This document shows positions 28,120-33,118 of a DNA stretch of 33,118 nt, piece by piece. This DNA is from Aquirufa sp. (GTDB lineage Bacteria > Bacteroidota > Bacteroidia > Cytophagales > Spirosomataceae). The stretch covers positions 1 to 33,118 of the forward strand of contig JBJTMZ010000003.1 of NCBI GenBank assembly GCA_046073805.1. Reading direction: 5' to 3'. Position 1 is the first letter of the stretch. Each line of letters begins with the position of its first letter. The notes under the pieces are model-generated. The model did no database searches. It was not told the origin of the DNA and was given only the letters and a program-made list of their open reading frames with translations. Both the position numbers and the translations under genes were made by a program.

Positions 28120-30927
28120 TTAAAATCCGAATGGGCTAACGATAATCCCTAGTGAGTATACACGACCTGGGCTATACGATTGAATGGTTTGATCCGTGCT
28201 AACATCGAATCGTCCATCTTGATTACCATCTTGCAAGACGATATTCTTATTATTTAAGATGTCCGAAATACCCCCCTTAATCTGGAATTTATCAGACAAT
28301 CTTTTGGAGAATGTGAAATCCACAATGTTCCTTGGCATCTCATACCAATCTGGATAATTGTAGCCATAGTTATTTCCTACGGCATAAATTCGCTTACCGA
28401 TTACGTTATACGACAAATTCAACTGAAGTCCCTTTTTCGTGTCGTTGTAATTGTACGAAGCATTCATGATGTAAGGACTCTGACCTTGCAATGGACGATT
28501 ATCTGATTGATTCGCAGCGGAATTAGCCCCCAAGGATACTTTCGAAATAATGTAGGCCCCATTGAAAACGACACTTGATTTTCCTAAGAAACTGTTCGGA
28601 TTTTCTGAACTCAAATTCTTACGAATCTCTGCTTCCAAACCTGCACTGTAGGCACTCGCTGCATTCGCAAAGTTCAATTCAGGATTTGAACCCGAGGCAA
28701 ATACAACCTCGATCGGGTTTGTAAACTGCTTGTAGAAAGCAGCGATACTTAATACTTCCGATGGTGATGGATATTGTTCATAACGGAAATCAAAGTTTTG
28801 AATCGATGCGTTTTTCAAAGTAGGATTACCTGAAATATTTCTGTTATTCACAAAATCATAGAACGCAAATGGAGCAACCTCTCTAAACTCTGGACGGTTA
28901 ATTGTCTGTCCATAAGCTAAACGCAACAAGCTCTTCGCGCTGAAATTGTAGGTTAGGTTAAAAGAAGGCAACAAGTTTAAAACCGTGTTATTGTAGTTAA
29001 TTGGCGTCTTCCCAGTCATATCGAAGGAATTCAATTTCTGACTGTTGTTTTCAGCTCGAATACCCGCAATCAAGTTGAATTTATTCCCCAAGGCATATCC
29101 ACCTTGTACATAAGCGGCAAATAAATCATTCGTTGCCGAATACGAGTCACTTGGATTGGTTTGCTCGTCAATTTTCACCCCATTGGTCGTATTAATATTG
29201 CCCTCCGAGAAAATTTGATCGATCGGAAGCGTTCCGATATTGAACAATGAACTATTCGCACGAACAAAACCCAAGTTACGTGCATTGAATTGACGCTTTT
29301 TCGATTCTGCGTAAATACCCGATTTGAATTCCAATTCTTTCCCCTCGGCCAAAACAAATTTGTGAGATAGATTCAATCCACCAGTGACCGCATTTTCAGA
29401 CAAGATGATGTTGGTCCGACCTAAATTAAAGGTTTGCGCAGCTCCAAATGGAACATATAACACCTTGCTGTTTCCATCAATGATGTAACGGAAACGCTTG
29501 TAATCTGGCTGATCACGGTAAGAAGCATTGTAACCAATAACCCAATCCAATTTGGTGTTTCCATCGTTGAAATCATGCTTGCCGGCCAACTGACCTGTGT
29601 AAATACCGCGATAGATTTGATCAAATGACTGGATGTTCCAATTCGCCCCGTTATCAATTCCGATACGTTGCACAAATTGTGCATTACTCAATTGATTAAA
29701 CAAGTTTTTGATTTCAATCGTATGGTGATCATTCAAACGGAACGCCCAGTTGTGCAACAAACCCACGCGAATCGCCGATGAATATTGTTGGTCATTAAAA
29801 TTGAACACGAAATCAGGCTTGCCTGTCGACTGAATAGCTGAATAACCATAGTCGTTGCGAAGCATATTAAATGAGGTTTTTGTACTCGAATAGTTGATTG
29901 CCGTGATGTTTCCCACACGAACACTGCCAAGGTTGAATTTCAAACCACTTGACAATGAAAAACGCATGTCTGGATTCGCTGTAGATTGATCAGCTACCCA
30001 GTTATTTCTCAAGGAACGACCCACCTGTGCTAAAGCCTCGCCAGAACTTGGCATTTCAAACTTGGAAGCTGGAAAGCTTTTTGGCAAATCAAAGTATCCT
30101 GTATTGAAGCCTGTCCAGTAATTTGAACCGTGCTGTGGAGCATAGAATGTTTGACCAGTCGTACCATCACGGTATGAATTGCTCACATCAACAGTCAAGA
30201 AATTATTTTCGGGAATCGATTTGGTAAAGATTTTGACAACTCCACCCGCAAATTCACCTGGCAATTCAGCAGCGGGCGACTTAAACACCAAAATACGATC
30301 AATCTGTCCCGCAGGAATAATGTCAAATGAGAACGAACGCATATCCGTCTCCATGGAAGGCGCAAACGTATTATTTAATTGCACCGTATTATACCGCTCG
30401 TTCAAACCACGAATATTGATGAAACGCTCCCCAAAAATCGTAACACCTGGTACACGCTTCACAACCTCTGCGGCCGTACGATCTAAAGTCTTGGTGATTT
30501 GAGCCGCTGAAATACCCGAAACAACTAATTGAGCAGCCTTAATCTCTGAAATAACTGAAACTTCAGTATTTGTAAGTTTTTGTGCAACGACCTTAACTTC
30601 AGCAAGCGTTGCAGACTCTTCTGCAAGCGATAAGTTTAATTCAGTTACTTGATTGGGTTCAACTTTAACGCCCTCGTATATTTTAGATTCGTAACCTACA
30701 AAAGAAACCTTTAATGAATAAGAACCCGTAGGCAACTTTCCAAAAGAGAAAAAACCATTAACATCCGTCGCAGCTCCCTTATTAATGCCTTGCACTAATA
30801 TAGTAGCACCAATGATGTCTTCTTTTGTTTTTGAGTCTTTAATTGTACCGCGAATGGTACCTCCCTCTTGAGCAAAAACTGAAAATGTGGTGATTGTTAA
30901 CAGAAGAAAAACGTAAATAGATTTCAT
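28120..30927 (-). CDS. TonB-dependent receptor
   Basis: Signal peptide, carboxypeptidase-regulatory-like N-terminal domain, IRGLNERY, FSFDIIP, RPEFRE and GNPTL motifs; C-terminal Phe. Confidence 0.95.
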   Translation of the reverse strand: MKSIYVFLLLTITTFSVFAQEGGTIRGTIKDSKTKEDIIGATILVQGINKGAATDVNGFFSFGKLPTGSYSLKVSFVGYESKIYEGVKVEPNQVTELNLSLAEESATLAEVKVVAQKLTNTEVSVISEIKAAQLVVSGISAAQITKTLDRTAAEVVKRVPGVTIFGERFINIRGLNERYNTVQLNNTFAPSMETDMRSFSFDIIPAGQIDRILVFKSPAAELPGEFAGGVVKIFTKSIPENNFLTVDVSNSYRDGTTGQTFYAPQHGSNYWTGFNTGYFDLPKSFPASKFEMPSSGEALAQVGRSLRNNWVADQSTANPDMRFSLSSGLKFNLGSVRVGNITAINYSSTKTSFNMLRNDYGYSAIQSTGKPDFVFNFNDQQYSSAIRVGLLHNWAFRLNDHHTIEIKNLFNQLSNAQFVQRIGIDNGANWNIQSFDQIYRGIYTGQLAGKHDFNDGNTKLDWVIGYNASYRDQPDYKRFRYIIDGNSKVLYVPFGAAQTFNLGRTNIILSENAVTGGLNLSHKFVLAEGKELEFKSGIYAESKKRQFNARNLGFVRANSSLFNIGTLPIDQIFSEGNINTTNGVKIDEQTNPSDSYSATNDLFAAYVQGGYALGNKFNLIAGIRAENNSQKLNSFDMTGKTPINYNNTVLNLLPSFNLTYNFSAKSLLRLAYGQTINRPEFREVAPFAFYDFVNNRNISGNPTLKNASIQNFDFRYEQYPSPSEVLSIAAFYKQFTNPIEVVFASGSNPELNFANAASAYSAGLEAEIRKNLSSENPNSFLGKSSVVFNGAYIISKVSLGANSAANQSDNRPLQGQSPYIMNASYNYNDTKKGLQLNLSYNVIGKRIYAVGNNYGYNYPDWYEMPRNIVDFTFSKRLSDKFQIKGGISDILNNKNIVLQDGNQDGRFDVSTDQTIQSYSPGRVYSLGIIVSPFGF

Positions 30928-30958
30928 GCGATTTTAATACTGGTGAATTTTTACGATG

Positions 30959-31057
30959 CAAAACTATCCGAAAGAATCCCCGTGCTGATTATCGTAGAAT
31001 TAACGATGGATTAGGAAATCATTAAAATCAGATTGATTTGATTAACAATTCCGTAAC
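30959..31057 (-). promoter_or_regulatory. TBDT promoter: -7 TAGTTTTG plus five 11-bp-phased repeats
   Basis: -7 box at 30959-30966; half-sites at 30989, 31000, 31011, 31022 and 31033, plus another pair at 31042/31053. Confidence 0.72.
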
Positions 31058-31181
31058 ATGTATGAAAGGCATGTATTTTTCCGCCAAAATTGAATCTATT
31101 CTAGTCTGTTTCTAGTACTATTCCAAGAATTATAATTTTATAAAGAAGAACTTTCTTGAAAAAATGAAATTTTACTCGGAT

Positions 31182-31215
31182 TTAATTTGGAGTTAATGCT
31201 GAAATCCTAGTTTTG
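31182..31215 (+). promoter_or_regulatory. Promoter of the 31266 gene (-7 TAGTTTTG at 31208-31215)
   Basis: Consensus -7 box; TTTG at 31186; TTAA at 31182 and 31193. Confidence 0.5.
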
Positions 31216-31265
31216 GGTCAACAAACGGAAATAATTCCGCCTAAGTAATTTAAAATCAAAACAGT

Positions 31266-31619
31266 ATGAAAAAGCTCATTCTTAACGCAGTGGCTCTTGC
31301 CTTCTTCGCAACGAGCATGTCCATGACTTCAATGGCTTACGCCGCCGAAGTAACATTACCTGTTAGCATCAGCCAAGTAGGAAAAATGAAATTCTTAGTT
31401 AGCGCTGAACCAAATTCGAAATTAGTTGTCATGATTTACGATGCCGACCAAAACATCATCCACCAAGAAGCAATTGCTAACCAAAAGCTTTTCAACTTCG
31501 CTAGTTTAATGGATGGGAAGTACAAATTGGAAATTGTAAACGCCAACAAACAAGTCATCCAAAGCAAAACATTTAACATCCTTACCGAAGTAAAACGCGA
31601 TTTAGTCGCTGTTCAATAA
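31266..31619 (+). CDS. Small exported beta-sandwich protein (DUF3244-like), function unknown
   Basis: Signal peptide ending AYA; IYD...II and L.DGKY.LEI pattern. Confidence 0.75.
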   Translation: MKKLILNAVALAFFATSMSMTSMAYAAEVTLPVSISQVGKMKFLVSAEPNSKLVVMIYDADQNIIHQEAIANQKLFNFASLMDGKYKLEIVNANKQVIQSKTFNILTEVKRDLVAVQ

Positions 31620-31647
31620 GATCATCAACAAGTGAAAGATTAAGGGT

Positions 31648-31678
31648 AAAAGGGCGCGGAATTTCTGCGCCTTTTTTT
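31648..31678 (+). terminator. Rho-independent terminator
   Basis: Stem GGCGCGGA/TCTGCGCC followed by T7. Confidence 0.82.
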
Positions 31679-31714
31679 ATCAGTCGGCGCACCCAAATAC
31701 CCACCAAAATTTCC

Positions 31715-31722
31715 TATTTTTG
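31715..31722 (+). promoter_or_regulatory. -7 box of pcrA/uvrD
   Basis: TATTTTTG about 30 nt upstream of the ATG; no phased TTAA repeats. Confidence 0.55.
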
Positions 31723-31752
31723 CTCCCCCTATTTTAATTAAATTATTACCCT

Positions 31753-33118
31753 ATGGATTACCTGGCTGGTCTGAATGAACCCCAACGAAAAGCAGTTGAA
31801 CACATCGATGGTCCCCTCATGATCATCGCCGGTGCCGGCTCGGGCAAAACCCGCGTGCTTACTTATCGGACAGCGCATTTAATCGCCAATGGGGTCGATC
31901 CGTTTAGTATCTTGTTGTTGACATTTACCAACAAAGCCGCAGGGGAAATGCGTCACCGTATTGAAACCGTGATTGGTACTCAGGCGAAAAATATCTGGAT
32001 GGGAACCTTTCACTCAGTCTTTGCGAAAATACTCCGTTTTGAAGGGGATCGTTTGGGCTATACATCAAACTTTTCCATTTACGATACGGACGATGCCAAA
32101 TCGCTCATTCGTACCCTAATCAAAGAACAAAACCTCGACGATAAAGTCTACAAAGTCAATTTGGTACTTAATCGTATTTCGAATGCGAAGAACCGATTGA
32201 TCGGACCTGAACAATACCTGAATAGTCCGGTTCTCGAGCAAGAAGACCGCTACGCCAAAATCCCGATGATGGGACAGCTGTACAAGTTGTATTGTACCCG
32301 TTGCTTCCAAGCGAATGCGATGGACTTTGACGATTTATTATTCCAAACGAATATCCTTTTCAGGGACCATTTGGATGTGCTACATAAGTACCAACATAAA
32401 TTTAAGCACGTCATGGTGGATGAGTTTCAGGATACCAACGTGTCCCAATACTTGATCACCAAAAAGCTGTCGGCCGTTCACCGCAACATCTGCGTGGTAG
32501 GTGATGACGCCCAAAGTATTTATGCTTTCCGCGGGGCGGATATTCAAAACATCCTCAACTTCGAACGCGATTATTCGGATTTGACGACCATCAAGTTGGA
32601 GGAGAATTACCGCTCTACGAAAGCCATCGTGGCTGTGGCGAATTCCGTGATTGCGCGAAATAAAAACCAACTGAAAAAGGATGTCTTTACCTCCAATGAG
32701 GATGGGGACCAAATCGAAATCATACGCGCAGGAAGTGATAATGAGGAGGGGCGAATTATCGCCTCGACCATCTTCGAAACCTGCCAGAAAGAGGGGTTAC
32801 ATTTCTCCGACTTCGCCATTCTTTACCGTACGAATGCCCAATCGCGTTCGTTTGAGGAGTCCTTACGTCGCTTAAATATTAAGTATCGGATTATCGGCGG
32901 TTTGTCTTTCTACCAACGCAAGGAAATCAAGGACGTTTTGGGCTATTTGCGTTTTGTGGTGAACCAACAAGACGAAGAGGCATTTAAACGAATTATCAAT
33001 TTGCCTAAACGTGGAATTGGAGATACAACCATCGCCAAAATCGCGCTGACGGCAGCGGAACAAAATTCGACGGTTTGGGATGTGGTGGCGAACATCAACC
33101 AATTTCAAGGGGTTCGTG
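31753..33118 (+). CDS. pcrA: ATP-dependent DNA helicase PcrA/UvrD (3' end outside window)
   Basis: Manual translation: MDYLAGLNEPQRKAVEHIDGPLMIIAGAGSGKTRVLT...TFTNKAA...GTFHS...VDEFQDTN...VGDDAQSIYAFRGA...LEENYRST...ILYRTNAQSR. Confidence 0.97.
   Translation, partial: MDYLAGLNEPQRKAVEHIDGPLMIIAGAGSGKTRVLTYRTAHLIANGVDPFSILLLTFTNKAAGEMRHRIETVIGTQAKNIWMGTFHSVFAKILRFEGDRLGYTSNFSIYDTDDAKSLIRTLIKEQNLDDKVYKVNLVLNRISNAKNRLIGPEQYLNSPVLEQEDRYAKIPMMGQLYKLYCTRCFQANAMDFDDLLFQTNILFRDHLDVLHKYQHKFKHVMVDEFQDTNVSQYLITKKLSAVHRNICVVGDDAQSIYAFRGADIQNILNFERDYSDLTTIKLEENYRSTKAIVAVANSVIARNKNQLKKDVFTSNEDGDQIEIIRAGSDNEEGRIIASTIFETCQKEGLHFSDFAILYRTNAQSRSFEESLRRLNIKYRIIGGLSFYQRKEIKDVLGYLRFVVNQQDEEAFKRIINLPKRGIGDTTIAKIALTAAEQNSTVWDVVANINQFQGVR

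Noticed and set aside
1744-30502. Remaining 60-130 aa ORFs nested in or antisense to long genes
   Set aside because: They overlap well-supported CDSs and show no recognisable motifs.
32116-33108. Several short ORFs in the track
   Set aside because: Antisense or off-frame to pcrA/uvrD, which runs from 31753 to the window end.
1-33118. CRISPR arrays, tRNA/rRNA, IS, integrase or att sites
   Set aside because: Intergenic regions are short and explained by promoters and terminators; no repeat-spacer arrays or mobility genes were seen, so 'island' is meant functionally.

Overview
Bacteroidota chromosomal window (~40% GC by eye, TAnnTTTG -7 promoters, SusC/SusD pair; Cytophagales/Aquirufa-like by inference). 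Almost all of it (1-~31050) looks like a phosphorus-starvation island, ending at the housekeeping helicase pcrA/uvrD. It holds three TonB-dependent transporters, a PiT phosphate transporter, four exported phosphatases/phosphoesterases of different families and a phosphonate-catabolism set (PhnX-like HAD, TIGR03364-type FAD oxidoreductase, PhnO, PhnZ, DUF5690). Embedded in it is an unexplained 11-gene convergent cluster (3437-12676): Tat metallophosphoesterase, truncated NeuB, fatty-acid-hydroxylase-family protein and SMR protein on +; HP-motif GT-B transferase, SpsF-like cytidylyltransferase, split transketolase with both substrate-binding His replaced by Phe, class III aminotransferase, SDR and KdsC-like phosphatase on -. 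I infer that it makes and transfers an unusual amino/branched ulosonic acid, possibly onto a phosphorus-free envelope lipid or polymer. Most promoters share 11-bp-periodic (T/A)TAA(C/T) repeats at fixed offsets from the -7 box, a candidate Pho box. No RNA genes, CRISPR arrays or mobile elements were seen. All family calls come from motif recognition, not database searches.
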